A DNA stretch of 64,000 nt, from positions 19,778,001 to 19,842,000 of the forward strand of contig OZ024745.1 in NCBI GenBank assembly GCA_964016885.1. Direction: 5' to 3'. This DNA is from Eledone cirrhosa (lineage: Eukaryota). Positions 28,946-44,018 of this stretch are shown here, piece by piece. How positions within the stretch are numbered: position 1 is the stretch's first letter; each line of letters opens with the position of its first letter. The notes under the pieces are model-generated. The model worked only from the letters and a program-made list of their open reading frames with translations. It had not been told where the DNA came from and did no database searches. Both the position numbers and the translations under genes were made by a program.

Positions 28946-29207
28946 CCAATTTTTCTATGCTGGCATGGTTTGAGCTTTTGGTTTGAGACTTTTGGTTTGA
29001 GACTTTTTGAGTCAAGGTTTTATAGCCAGATGTCCTTCCTGACATCAAAGCCATGTAGCTGCTTCTTATAACTTCAGAGATACGGTGCATCTATTTAAAA
29101 CCAGATATACATGTAGAGATACTATGTACCTCTTCTAAACCATGCCTACCTTGGAGTCCAGGACAACTGCACCACCCTAAAGACCAAAACTGGATATAGA
29201 TACAGTG

Positions 29208-31872
29208 TACCTCTTCTAAACTAGGTATACATGTAGAGATACAGTGTACCTCTTCTAAACTAGGTATACATGTAGAGATACAGTGTACCTCTTCTAAACT
29301 AGGTATACATGTAGAGATACAGTGTACCTCTTCTAAACCAGGTATACATGTAGAGATACAGTGTACCTCTTCTAAACTAGGTATACATGTAGAGATACAG
29401 TGTACCTCTTCTAAACCAGGTATACATGTAGAGATACAGTGTACCTCTTCTAAACCAGCTATACATGTAGAGATACAGTGTACCTCTTCTAAACTAGGTA
29501 TACATGTAGAGATACAGTGTACCTCTTCTAAACCAGGTATACATGTAGAGATACAGTGTACCTCTTCTAAACCAGCTATACATGTAGAGATACAGTGTAC
29601 CTCTTCTAAACTAGGTATACATGTAGAGATACAGTGTACCTCTTCTAAACCAGGTATACATGTAGAGATACAGTGTACCTCTTCTAAACCAGGTATACAT
29701 GTAGAGATACAGTGTACCTCTTCTAAACTAGGTATACATGTAGAGATACAGTGTACTTCTTCTAAACCAGCTATACATGTAGAGATACAGTGTACCTCTT
29801 CTAAACCAGGCATACATGTAGAGATACAGTGTACCTCTTCTAAACTAGGTATACATGTAGAGATACAGTGTACCTCTTCTAAACCAGGCATACGTGTAGA
29901 GATACAGTGTACCTCTTCTAAACTAGGTATGCATGTAGAGATACAGAGTACCTATTCTAAACCAGGCATACGTGTAGAGATACAGTGTACCTCTTCTAAA
30001 CTAGGTATACATGTAGAGATACAGTGTACCTCTTCTAAACTAGGTATACATGTAGAGATACAGTGTACCTCTTCTAAACTAGGTATGCATGTAGAGATAC
30101 AGTGTACCTCTTCTAAACCAGGCATACGTGTAGAGATACAGTGTACCTCTTCTAAACTAGGTATACATGTAGAGATACAGTGTACCTCTTCTAAACTAGG
30201 TATACATGTAGAGATACAGTGTACCTCTTCTAAACCAGGCATACATGTAGAGATACAGTGTACCTCCTCTAAACTAGGTATACATGTAGAGATACAGTGT
30301 ACCTCTTCTAAACCAGCTATACATGTAGAGTTACAGTGTACCTCTTCTAAACTAGGTATACATGTAGAGATACAGTGTACCTCCTCTAAACTAGGTATAC
30401 ATGTAGAGATACAGTGTACCTCTTCTAAACCAGGCATACATGTAGAGATACAGTGTACCTCCTCTAAACTAGGTATACATGTAGAGATACAGTGTACCTC
30501 TTCTAAACCAGCTATACATGTAGAGTTACAGTGTACCTCTTCTAAACTAGGTATACATGTAGAGATACAGTGTACCTCCTCTAAACTAGGTATACATGTA
30601 GAGATACAGTGTACCTCTTCTAAACTAGGTATACATGTAGAGATACAGTGTACCTCTTCTAAACCAGATATACATGTAGAGATACAGTGTACCTCTTCTA
30701 AACTAGGTATACATGTAGAGATACAGTGTACCTCCTCTAAGCTAGGTATACATGTAGAGATACAGTGTACCTATTCTAAACTAGGTATACATGTAGAGAT
30801 ACAGTGTACCTCTTCTAAGCTAGGTATACATGTAGAGATACAGTGTACCTCTTCTAAACTAGGTATACATGTAGAGATACATTGTACCTCTTCTAAACTA
30901 GGTATACATGTAGAGATACAGTGTACCTATTCTAAACTAGGTATACATGTAGAGATACAGTGTACCTCTTCTAAACTAGGTATACATGTAGAGATACAGT
31001 GTACCTCTTCTAAACTAGGTATGCATGTAGAGATATGGTGTACCTATTCTAAACTAGGTATACATGTAGAGATACAGTGTACCTATTCTAAACTAGGTAT
31101 GCATGTAGAGATATGGTGTACCTATTCTAAACTAGATATACATGTAGAGATACGGTGTACCTATTCTAAACTAGGTATACATGTAGAGATACAGTGTACC
31201 TATTCTAAACTAGGTATACATGTAGAGATACAGTGTACCTCTTCTAAACTAGGTATGCATGTAGAGATATGGTGTACCTATTCTAAACTAGGTATACATG
31301 TAGAGATACAGTGTACCTATTCTAAACTAGGTATGCATGTAGAGATATGGTGTACCTATTCTAAACTAGGTATACATGTAGAGATATGGTGTACCTATTC
31401 TAAACTATATATACATGTAGAGATACAGTGTACATCTTCTAAACCAGGTATACATGTAGAGATACAGTGTACCTCTTCTAAACTAGGTATACATGTAGAG
31501 ATACGGTGTACCTATTCTAAACTAGGTATACATGTAGAGATACAGTGTACCTATTCTAAACTAGGTATATATGTAGAGATACAGTGTACCTCTTCTAAAC
31601 TAGGTATACATGTAGAGATACAGTGTACCTCTTCTAAACTAGGTATACATGTAGAGATACAGTGTACCTATTCTAAACTAGGTATACATGTAGAGATACA
31701 GTGTACCTCTTCTAAACTAGGTATACATGTAGAGATACAGTGTACCTCTTCTAAACTAGGTATACATGTAGAGATACAGTGTACCTCCTCTAAGCTAGGT
31801 ATACATGTAGAGTTACAGTGTACCTCTTCTAAACTAGGTATACATGTAGAGATATGGTGTACCTATTCTAAA
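29208..31872. repeat. 39-bp minisatellite CTAGGTATACATGTAGAGATACAGTGTACCTCTTCTAAA, about 68 units
   Basis: Direct tandem repetition, with diverged precursor units at about 29077-29140. Confidence 0.97.
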
Positions 31873-32261
31873 CACATTTAAATATAATTCAATCAGGCTA
31901 GACACCTAATCTACAGAAATACTTGACACCTTACCTGAACTACTAGGTAGTTGGTTATGAATTTCAAATTTTACTATAGCCACTGTATAGTAACCTTGAG
32001 TAAGCGACATAACTCTGATTGCTGTAGTTTGGTTTACTGGGAGCAAAATATGACTGGTAGTTACTCGTACTAAGAGAATCTCCTTGCAAAAATAATTGTA
32101 GAAAAAAAAGGAAATGTTTTAATACATAAAATTATGGAGAAAATATGTGTAAAACAGAAAAGAAAAGGTGAAACTGTGTATACTGGAGGAGAGTATGTGA
32201 TCCCAGATGAGATATAAGTATATGATATGGTGGGGGTCTCAGACCTCAGCTCTTAAACATT

Positions 32262-34820
32262 TGCTGACTAATATTGTGGTATAGCCTTCCTTATGATATA
32301 TATGGGATATAAGACCTCTGTTGACTAACACTGAGGTATAGGTTTACTTATGATATATATATGGGGTGTAAGGCCTCTGCTAATACTGTGGTATAGCCTT
32401 CCTTATGATATATATCAGATATAAGACCTCTGCTGACTAACACTGAGGTATAGGTTTACTTATGATATATATATGGAGTGTAAGACCTCTGCTAATACTG
32501 ACGTATAGCCTTCCTTATGATATATATGGGATATAAGACCTCTGCTGACTAACACTGAGGTATAGGTTTACTTATGATATATATGGCATGTAAGACCTCT
32601 GGTGACTAATACTGTGGCTTGCTTATGATATATGGCATATAAGACCTTGGCTGACTAACACTGTGACTTACTTATGATATATGTCATATAAGACCTTGGC
32701 TGACTAACACTGTGACTTACTTATGATATATGGCATATAAGACCTTGGCTGACTAACACTGTGACTTACTTATAATATATGGCATATAAGACCTTGGCTG
32801 ACTAACACTGAGGCTTGCTTATGAAATATGGCATATAAGACCTTGGCTGACTAACACTGAGGCTTACTTATAATATATGGCATATAAGACCTTGGCTGAC
32901 TAACACTGAGGCTTGCTTATGATATATAGCATATAAGACCTTGGCTGACTAACACTGTGGCTTACTTATGAAATATGGCATATAAGACCTTGGCTGACTA
33001 ACACTGTGGCTTACTTATGAAATATGGCATATAAGACCTTGGCTGACTAACACTGAGGCTTACTTATAATATATGGCATATAAGACCTTGGCTGACTAAC
33101 ACTGAGGCTTGCTTATGATATATGGCATATAAGACCTTGGCTGACTAACACTGTGGCTTACTTATGAAATATGGCATATAAGACCTTGGCTGACTAACAC
33201 TGTGGCTTACTTATGAAATATGGCATATAAGACCTTGGCTGACTAACACTGTGACTTACTTATGATATATGGCATATAAGACCTTGGCTGACTAACAGTG
33301 TGACCTACTTATGATATATGGCATATAAGACCTTGGCTGACTAACACTGTGACTTACTTATGATATATGGCATATAAGACCTTGGCTGACTAACACTGTG
33401 ACTTACTTATAATATATGGCATATAAGACCTTGGCTAACTAACACTGTGACTTACTTATGATATATGGCATATAAGACCTTGGCTCACTAACACTGAGGC
33501 TTGCTTATGATATATGGTATATAAGACCTTGGCTGACTAACACTGTGACTTACTTATAATATATGGCATATAAGACCTTGGCTGACTAACACTGTGACTT
33601 ACTTATAATATATGGCATATAAGACCTTGGCTGACTAACACTGAGGCTTGCTTATAATATATGGCATATAAGACCTTGGCTGACTAACACTGTGGCTTAC
33701 TTATGATATATGGCATATAAGACCTTGGCTGACTAACACTGTGACTTACTTATGATATATGGCATATAAGACCTTGGCTGACTAACACTGAGGCTTACTT
33801 ATAATATATGGCATATAAGACCTTGGCTCACTAACACTGTGACTTACTTATAATATATGGCATATAAGACCTTGGCTGACTAACACTGTGACTTACTTAT
33901 GATATATGGCATATAAGACCTTGGCTGACTAACACTGTGACTTACTTATAATATATGGCATATAAGACCTTGGCTGACTAACACTGTGACTTACTTATAA
34001 TATATGGCATATAAGACCTTGGCTGACTAACACTGAGGCTTGCTTATAATATATGGCATATAAGACCTTGGCTGACTAACACTGTGGCTTACTTATGATA
34101 TATGGCATATAAGACCTTGGCTGACTAACACTGAGGCTTGCTTATGATATATGGCATATAAGACCTTGGCTGACTAACACTGTGACTTACTTATGATATA
34201 TGGCATATAAGACCTTGGCTGACTAACACTGAGGCTTGCTTATGATATATGGCATATAAGACCTTGGCTGACTAACACTGTGACTTACTTATGATATATG
34301 GCATATAAGACCTTGGCTCACTAACACTGTGACTTACTTATAATATATGGCATATAAGACCTTGGCTGACTAACACTGTGACTTACTTATGATATATGGC
34401 ATATAAGACCTTGGCTGACTAACACTGTGACTTACTTATAATATATGGCATATAAGACCTTGGCTGACTAACACTGAGGCTTGCTTATGATATATGGCAT
34501 ATAAGACCTTGGCTGACTAACACTGTGACTTACTTATAATATATGGCATATAAGACCTTGGCTCACTAACACTGTGACTTACTTATAATATATGGCATAT
34601 AAGACCTTGGCTGACTAACACTGTGACTTGCTTATAATATATGGCATATAAGACCTTGGCTGACTAACACTGTGACTTACTTATAATATATGGCATATAA
34701 GACCTTGGCTGACTAACACTGTGACTTACTTATAATATATGGCATATAAGACCTTGGCTAACTAACACTGAGGCTTGCTTATGATATATGGCATATAAGA
34801 CCTTGGCTGACTAACACTGA
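32262..34820. repeat. 49-bp minisatellite ATAAGACCTTGGCTGACTAACACTGTGACTTACTTATGATATATGGCAT, about 45 units plus longer diverged units at the left edge
   Basis: AAGACC recurs at 32641, 32690, 32739 and onward (period 49). Confidence 0.96.
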
Positions 34821-34967
34821 GCTATAGGCTTGCTCAAACAGTGATGACATGGTAGACAATACCAAACAACTACATTGAGTACAGAAAAACAACAACAAAA
34901 CATTCAAGGAATAAAACATGAATATTTACCACTATCACTACAACAACAAAGCCAATGAACGCCATCA

Positions 34968-35575
34968 TTGCTACTACCACTACCACCACCACTACCACCA
35001 CCACTACCACCACTACCACCACCACTACCTCCACCACAACCACCACTACTACTGCAACCACCATTACCACCACCACTACTACTGCCATCTCCACCACTAC
35101 TACCACCACCATTACCACCACTACCACCACCACCATTACCACTACCACTACTACTGCCACCTCCACCACCATTACCACCACCACTACGACCACCACCACT
35201 ACCACTACCACCACTACTACTTCCACCTCCACCACCACTACCACCACCACTACCACCACCACCATTACCACTACCACTACTACCTCCACCACCACTACCA
35301 CAACTACCATTACCACCACCACTACTACTACCACCTCCACCACCCCTACCACCACCCCTACCACCACCACCACCACCACCGCCACCACCACCACCACAAC
35401 CACCACCACTGCCAGCACCACCACCACCACCACCACCACCACCACCACCGCCGCCGCCGCCACTGCCACCACCACTACTACTGCCACCACCACCAACACC
35501 ACCAACACCACCACCACCACTATCACCACCACTGCCTCTACCACCACCACAATCATAACTGCCACCACCACCTCT
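34968..35575. repeat. (ACC)n/(ACT)n low-complexity tract
   Basis: Visible triplet repeats. Confidence 0.93.
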
Positions 35576-35624
35576 ACAAATATTAGTAATACCATCAGTA
35601 TCACTACCAACATCTGCCTTTCAC

Positions 35625-35628
35625 ATAC

Positions 35629-35661
<33 letters not shown>

Positions 35662-35772
35662 TATACACACACATATATACATATATATATACACACACAC
35701 ATATACATATATATATACACACACACATATACATATATATATATACATATATATATATACACACACATATAC

Positions 35773-35805
<33 letters not shown>

Positions 35806-36204
35806 CACACACATATACATATATATATATATACACACATATACATATATGTATATATACACACACACATATACATATATATATACACACACACATATAC
35901 ATATATATATATACATATATATATATATACACACATATATATATACATATATCATCATCATCGTTTAACGTCCATCTTCCATGCTTGCATGGGTTTGGAA
36001 TATATTGTGTATATATATATAAATATATATATACACACACACATATACATATATATATACATATATATATATATATACACACACATATACATATATATAT
36101 ATATACACACATATACATATATGTATATATATACACACACATATACATATATATATACATATATATATATAACCACACACATATACAAATATATACATAT
36201 ATAT

Positions 36205-36235
<31 letters not shown>

Positions 36236-36280
36236 CACACATACTTATACATATATATATATATACACACACACATATAC

Positions 36281-36359
<79 letters not shown>

Positions 36360-36606
36360 TATACATATATATATATATATACACACACATATACATATAT
36401 ATATACATATATATATATATACACACACACATATACATATACACACATATACATATATATATATACATATATATATATATACACACACACACACATTTAC
36501 ATATATATATATATATATTTATACACACATATACATATATATATATACATATATATATATACACACACACACACACACCCACATACACACACATATATAT
36601 ATATAT
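35625..36606. repeat. (TA)n/(CA)n compound microsatellite with an embedded RTE-type 3' tip at about 35951-36000
   Basis: Visible dinucleotide repeats around the insert CATCATCGTTTAACGTCCATCTTCCATGCTTGCATGGG. Confidence 0.93.
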
Positions 36607-36892
36607 GCATGTATGTATATTGGAAAACAGTATAATTATGCAGATGTACCCAGTGATAATGTTGAGGACAAAAGTGAATTATCTTGTGGCGTCATCTAAA
36701 AGTGTATTGATTGTTGTATAGACTTTATGGAAGGGATTAGAGGGGACAAGGGAGAGAATAGGAGATATTCTATATTAAATACATATAAGCCTCTACATTT
36801 ATATTATTGCATGTAGAATGTGTATATATACATGTGTATATCCCTCAATACACTTGTATATATATATATATACACACATATATATATATATA

Positions 36893-36939
<47 letters not shown>

Positions 36940-36954
36940 TACATATACATATAC

Positions 36955-36985
<31 letters not shown>

Positions 36986-37007
36986 AAACATATATATATA
37001 CATACAT

Positions 37008-37056
37008 GATTCCTGATGATTTCTAAAGAATGAAACAGTTCTAGTCCTGTAGAATC
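37008..37056 (+). ncRNA. Putative type I hammerhead ribozyme (family A)
   Basis: gattc-CTGATGA-t ttct aa agaa t-GAAA-cag ttctagtc ctg-TA-gaatc. Stem I gattc/gaatc, stem III cag/ctg, GUA cleavage triplet. Confidence 0.72.
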
Positions 37057-37071
37057 TCATCTATATTAAAA

Positions 37072-37113
<42 letters not shown>

Positions 37114-37279
37114 ATATACTTATATATATGTATAATGATGATGATGATGATATATATATAGGTTTTCCCATTCCATTTCTCTTCTTCATACTATTTATAT
37201 CCCTGTATCCCTACTTTTATCTCTGTGAATGTGCATCTATGTGCTTAAGAATAATGTTATATATATATATATATAGAAG

Positions 37280-37468
37280 AATAATTGTTTCTACTTTTGG
37301 CACAAGGCCAGCAATTACCCAGTGCATTACTGGTACTTTATTTTATCGACCCCGTAAGGATGAAAGGCAAAGTCAACCTCGGCGGGATTTGAACTCAGAT
37401 CGTAAAGGGACGTAACTCTTTGCTGCAAAGCATGGTGTCAGACCCTCTACCGATACTGCCAATCCACC
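37280..37468 (-). mobile_element. tRNA-derived SINE, family 2
   Basis: The minus strand has TGGCAGTATCGG (A box), GTTCAAATCCC (B box) and GTTGACTTTGCCTTTCATCCTTACGGGGTCGATAAAATAAAGTACCAG. The flank AAGAATAATGTTATATATATA is duplicated on both sides. Confidence 0.9.
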
Positions 37469-37485
37469 AAGAATAATGTTATATA

Positions 37486-37635
37486 TATAGAAGAACTTCC
37501 ACAGGACTAGAACTATTTCATTCGATCCCTGATGATCTCTCACCAATGAAACAGTCCTGTAGAAGCTCTTCTATACTAAAACTTTTATACTCTGCTGCTA
37601 TGTATTGAGTACCTTACTTACTGTGTTTACTTCCA

Positions 37636-37636
<1 letters not shown>
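37486..37636 (+). mobile_element. Palindromic hammerhead element, family A (diverged)
   Basis: Inverted arms, core CTGATGA(37529)...GAAA-cagtcctg-TA, and family tail TATTGAGTACCTTACTTACTGTG. Confidence 0.75.
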
Positions 37637-38144
<508 letters not shown>

Positions 38145-38209
38145 TAATTTTTTTTTTGTCGGATATTCATGATAATGATGAAATGATGATGATGATATAT
38201 CTCTATAGG

Positions 38210-38280
<71 letters not shown>

Positions 38281-38287
38281 TATATAT

Positions 38288-38451
38288 ATAGATGAGATTC
38301 TACAGGACTAGAACTGTTTCATTCTTTAGAAATCATCAGGATGATTTCTAAAGAATGAAACAGTTCTAGTCCTGTAGAATCTCATCTATTCTGCAATGTA
38401 TTGAGTACCTTACTTACTGTGGTTACCTCCGATTCAACCCGGAATAACGTA
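38288..38451 (+). mobile_element. Palindromic hammerhead element, family A
   Basis: Perfect 49-bp arms (38288-38336 and 38341-38389) with a CAGG loop. The minus strand of the left arm reads CTGATGA...GAAA-cag..ctg-TA. The family tail follows. Confidence 0.85.
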
Positions 38452-38506
38452 ATATATAGATATATATAAATATATATATATAATATATATATTTATATAT
38501 ATCTCC

Positions 38507-38547
<41 letters not shown>

Positions 38548-38632
38548 CATATATAATATATATACATATATACATACAATATTAACATTTTATCCAAGCA
38601 CACAGATACAACCGCACTGTACACAATAATTG

Positions 38633-38672
<40 letters not shown>

Positions 38673-38945
38673 AAGGTGCATACATGCGCTCTCTCTCACA
38701 CACACACAAACACATACACACACACTCAAACACATACACATACACATACACACACATAGGTATACATGGGGATAAAAATGGTCAGAAGCTGTGAGTGGGG
38801 GTGGGTGGGAGGTAGGAGGGAAAATAAACAGTGACTTAAATGAAAGAAGGGAAAGATAACTTCTCAGGATTCAGGGCTTGCTGTATAAATCCAGAAGGAT
38901 CAACTTGCCAGAAAAATTACAGCAATGAGTTTCTCCTTCATTCTG

Positions 38946-39048
<103 letters not shown>

Positions 39049-39069
39049 GGGGAATAGTTAGATAAATGG

Positions 39070-39154
39070 GAAGAAGAAGAAGAAGAAGAAGAAGAAGAAG
39101 AAGAAGAAGAAGAAGAAGAAGAAGAAGAAGATGAAGAAGATGAAGAAGAAGAAG
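39070..39154. repeat. (GAA)n microsatellite
   Basis: Visible. Confidence 0.97.
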
Positions 39155-39836
39155 TGTATCATGATGGAAGTAAGATGGTATTGGATGCTAGGCATTGGCA
39201 TAATTTCCTTTGGTTTTACAGATTATATATATCTTCCTCTTCCTCTTCCTCTTCCTCATAATCCTGTGTTTGAAGGGTTGTTATGATCCAAATCAACTCT
39301 TATTTGCAGTTAATGCTTGCCTAGATGAATTGGGAGACCATGTTTTACTTGTAATGTGCCCAGTACAGCCTGTAATGTTGAAGTACTGGTGCCACAATAA
39401 AAAGCACCCTGAGGTGCCCTATGTATATATATATATATGAAAACAAATCAAAGAGTTGTAATGCTTTGATGTCTTTGAAATGTGCATAACTGGAATATAT
39501 AGTGGAGAATGTGTACAAGAGGCTGCTGTCTCTCTTCTTTATAATATTGATACTCCATCTGATACCTCATAGATAATACTTTAAGGGACCCACATTATGG
39601 AATGTTTAAGTCTATTTACACTACAGTTGGTCAATCAATTGATCAACCAGCATTCCTTTACTTGAATAATATACTATACATACATTCATATATACATCGC
39701 TATTTCAGAGCACCAATCCTAATACCTAATTTTTGCTGGACCGGCAATCGCTCTGTATAATCAGCTCCTGATTATTACTGGAATTCTCTAAGAATCCATC
39801 CAGCTTCTATAATTTTCGGTGAAAGCAGGGGAGTAC

Positions 39837-40003
39837 GTGGCTCTGATGAATGCCAACTAGCGTAAAACAGACTTTCAACCACTCTCCCTTCTTTCGCTGA
39901 AAAGAAGTAAGTGACATAGTCACTACTTTAAAACTGATAGTGTATGGTCTTCTAAATGTTTTTAATTAAACATATGTATATTGCCAAATATACTATACAT
40001 ATA

Positions 40004-40008
<5 letters not shown>
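39837..40008 (+). mobile_element. Family C element with a degenerate hammerhead
   Basis: gtggct-CTGATGA-atgc caacta gcgt-AAAA-cagactt-TC-aaccac. The tail (39904-40008) is homologous to 46590-46690, and both end in (TA)n. Confidence 0.55.
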
Positions 40009-40053
<45 letters not shown>

Positions 40054-40062
40054 TATATATGA

Positions 40063-40165
<103 letters not shown>

Positions 40166-40475
40166 CATTGATAGAAATCCATAGATGGAAGATCAAGGAA
40201 AACAGTGCTCGATCTGTTGGAAGAGAGCTTATTTAGTGTAAACAATGTTTCATACACTTAACTTGCATATGCTACCATCGGTTTCAGGGTTCAGGTATGG
40301 TCACCACTGTATAATGGAGGAGGTGGTGGTAGTGGTAGTGGTGGTGGTGTTGGTGGTCGTGGTGATGGTGGTGGTGGTGGTGGTGACGGTGATGAAGATA
40401 TTGATGATTATAATAACAAAGATTTCGATCAGCTCCATTGAAACATTGAGAAAAGTTCCATGGAAGCAGACAGAG

Positions 40476-41835
40476 TACAGTATTTAGCAACAAGATGAAA
40501 ACACTGCTGCACCATACCAACTTGGACAGTTGCACCTCTACATACTGATGCAGTGCAGTATTTAGCAACAAGATGAAAACACTGCTGCACCATACCAACT
40601 TGGACAATTGCACCTCTACATACAGATGCAGTGCAGTATTTAGCAACAAGATGAAAACACTGCTGCACCATACCAACTTGGACAGTTGCACCTCTACATA
40701 CTGATGCAGTGCAGTATTTAGCAACAAGATGAAAACACTGCTGCACCATACCAACTTGGACAATTGCACCTCTACATACAGATGCAGTGCAGTATTTAGC
40801 AACAAGATGAAAACACTGCTGCACCATACCAACTTGGACAGTTGCACCTCTACATACAGATGCAGTGCAGTATTTAGCAACAAGATGAAAACACTGCTGC
40901 ACCATACCAACTTGGACAGTTGCACCTCTACATACAGATGCAGTACAGTATTTAGCAACAAGATGAAAACACTGCTGCACCATACCAACTTGGACAGTTG
41001 CAGCTCTACATACAGATGCAGTACAGTATTTAGCAACAAGATGAAAACACTGCTGCACCATACCAACTTGGACAGTTGCACCTCTACATACAGATGCAGT
41101 GCAGTATTTAGCAACAAGATGAAAACACTGCTGCACCATACCAACTTGGACAATTGCACCTCTACATACAGATGCAGTGCAGTATTTAGCAACAAGATGA
41201 AAACACTGCTGCACCATACCAACTTGGACAGTTGCACCTCTACATACAGATGCAGTGCAGTATTTAGCAACAAGATGAAAACACTGCTGCACCATACCAA
41301 CTTGGACAGTTGCACCTCTACATATAGATGCAGTGCAGTATTTAGCAACAAGATGAAAACACTGCTGCACCATACCAACTTGGACAGTTGCACCTCTACA
41401 TACAGATGCAGTGCAGTATTTAGCAACAAGATGAAAACACTGCTGCACCATACCAACTTGGACAGTTGCAGCTCTACATACAGATGCAGTACAGTATTTA
41501 GCAACAAGATGAAAACACTGCTGCACCATACCAACTTGGACAGTTGCACCTCTACATACAGATGCAGTGCAGTATTTAGCAACAAGATGAAAACACTGCT
41601 GCACCATACCAACTTGGACAGTTGCACCTCTACATACAGATGCAGTGCAGTATTTAGCAACAAGATGAAAACACTGCTGCACCATACCAACTTGGACAGT
41701 TGCAGCTCTACATACAGATGCAGTGCAGTATTTAGCAACAAGATGAAAACACTGCTGCACCATACCAACTTGGACAGTTGCAGCTCTACATACAGATGCA
41801 GTACAGTATTTAGCAACAAGATGAAAACACTACTG
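40476..41835. repeat. 78-bp minisatellite, about 17 units
   Basis: Unit CAGTATTTAGCAACAAGATGAAAACACTGCTGCACCATACCAACTTGGACAGTTGCACCTCTACATACAGATGCAGTG, giving 26-aa periodic translations. Confidence 0.97.
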
Positions 41836-41855
41836 ACATTTTAGCCTGGTATACT

Positions 41856-42176
41856 CAGGATTGGATTTAGAACTTGTGGGGCCCGGGGCACTTCAGGTTT
41901 GGTGTTGGTGGTGGGCGGTCTCATACACAAAAAATTAGAATACACAGCCCCCCTCCCAATTTTATATACCAAAGTTAGCTTGGCGTAAATAATTGGAACT
42001 GAAAAGTTATAATAAAGGTATTAAATTTAAAAATTCTTACAATCCTAAAACTAAAAAGCCCAGCTGAGGGCACAAATAGATTGCTACAGCTGTCATGATG
42101 CCCCCACCACCCACCCACTGAAGGGGACCTGGGGCAATTGCCTTCCATTAAATCCCTTCCATTAAATCTGTCCCTG
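41856..42176. mobile_element. hAT-like MITE
   Basis: 8-bp TSD GGTATACT at 41848-41855 and 42177-42184. Imperfect TIR CAGGATTGGATTTA / TAAATCTGTCCCTG. Confidence 0.8.
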
Positions 42177-42498
42177 GGTATACTACACCTTATCAACTTG
42201 GACAGTTGCAGCCCTACTTACAAAAATATTTGTCAATTGTAATACATAATGCTATGCAAGCAACTTTCACCAGAGAAATATTTGGTGTTGACCTTTTATG
42301 TTTGACCTTTACTTCATATGGAATGTTTCTGATATCTCTAAAAAAAATCAATCCACGGAAATATTTTTGGCTGTTTTGGACAGAGGTCAAGAAGAGTTTA
42401 GCTCACTGCTAAATGAGTATGTCAAGATAATAGTAACAGCATACTATTTTTAAAAAATATATATTGATGAAAATTATACATCCCACACCAGACACATG

Positions 42499-42560
<62 letters not shown>

Positions 42561-42644
42561 TACCCTCTCTACATTTTTCTGTATACACATACACATTTAT
42601 ATATACATATATATATACATACATGCATATATATATTTATATGC

Positions 42645-42695
<51 letters not shown>

Positions 42696-43347
42696 GACTA
42701 TATGTATGTGTATATTGTATATGTATATTTATATGTATATATATAAATGTATATTTATATGTATATATATATATATATATATTAAAGTTAGCTTTAAATT
42801 CAAAATTCATAATTCAATCAATGGTTCTAGATATAGACTGTTTGTGTCTGTGTATATAGATATGTCAGCAGAGGGTTGAGGAAACAACAGCTCATGGAAT
42901 ATCACTGAATGGAAACTGCATTAGTCATTTTTATTCATGTAATTTTCTGTTCACGTAATATCTGCAACATAACAGTTACCATCAAAATACGTATAATAGC
43001 GATTGTGTAATCAATAAAATGAGGTAAATTCTAATCTACTGACTTCTGCTTCATTGTTATGTATACATACACATACACAGAAGGAAGAGAGACTGAGTTC
43101 GTTATAAATCATATCAATGAGAGAAGGCACATAATAAATTATGTCAGATAATAGGGGATAAAATACTACCCTGGTAAAGCACATAAAAACTACAGATGGA
43201 GCAGTAAATACAAATTAATAAAATAATCAAATTGTACATGCCTCCACCTATTATCTGACATAATATATATATAAATATATATATATATATATGCATATAT
43301 ACATATATATATATATATACATATATATATACACACATGCATATGTA

Positions 43348-43404
<57 letters not shown>

Positions 43405-43408
<4 letters not shown>

Positions 43409-43540
43409 AGAATTAGCCGTCGAAACGGCTTGAGCTCAGCCGTTGGGGTCCTACTCATTCCTATTACCCACTCTACTACCTCAAGTATTGAGTACTTTGG
43501 TGCGTTATGGTCCACCTGGTTCCTTACCACATTTCCTTCG

Positions 43541-43543
<3 letters not shown>
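43405..43543 (+). mobile_element. Family E element (3' half of a hammerhead plus tail) inside (TA)n
   Basis: GAAA-cggct tgagctc agccg-TT-ggggt followed by the shared tail, with (TA)n on both sides. Confidence 0.8.
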
Positions 43544-43610
<67 letters not shown>

Positions 43611-43857
43611 GTACATATATATTTCTGTGTGGATTTGCGACCGACAGATAGAATTAGCAATAGGAAAGACCAATAGAAACATTGTCTCGGTCTCATTTGA
43701 CGAGCTCCATCCCACTCTTTAAGCAAATGAGCTCTGGGATCTTGTCTTTATATATATATATATGCAAAAATATATATACAGTATATGCAAAAGGCAAACA
43801 GAAATAACAAAGCAAATGACACAGTACACTGAAGAAATATATTATTAGTTTTACGCT

Positions 43858-43972
43858 TAAATGACTTCTACAGGCCTAGAATTGTTCCATTCATATAAAA
43901 TCATCAGAAAAGCTTTTTGATGATTTATTTTGAAATAGCTCTAGTCCTATATAAGCTATCTCTATATTAAAC
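43858..43972. mobile_element. Degenerate palindromic family A element
   Basis: CTTCTACAGG.CTAGAA.TGTT.CATTC...ATCATCAG and its decayed inverse TTGATGATT...GAAATAGCTCTAGTCCT. Confidence 0.65.
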
Positions 43973-43985
43973 ATGATATATATAT

Positions 43986-44018
<33 letters not shown>

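Noticed and set aside
29929-31881. 650-aa ORF of 13-aa Cys/His repeats
   Set aside because: The 39-bp unit is a multiple of 3 and is open on both strands. There is no unique N- or C-terminal domain and no zinc-finger spacing.
40284-41844. Three overlapping ORFs of 26-aa repeats, superficially zinc-finger-like
   Set aside because: The units are near-identical at DNA level and open in three frames, with no CxxC...HxxxH pattern.
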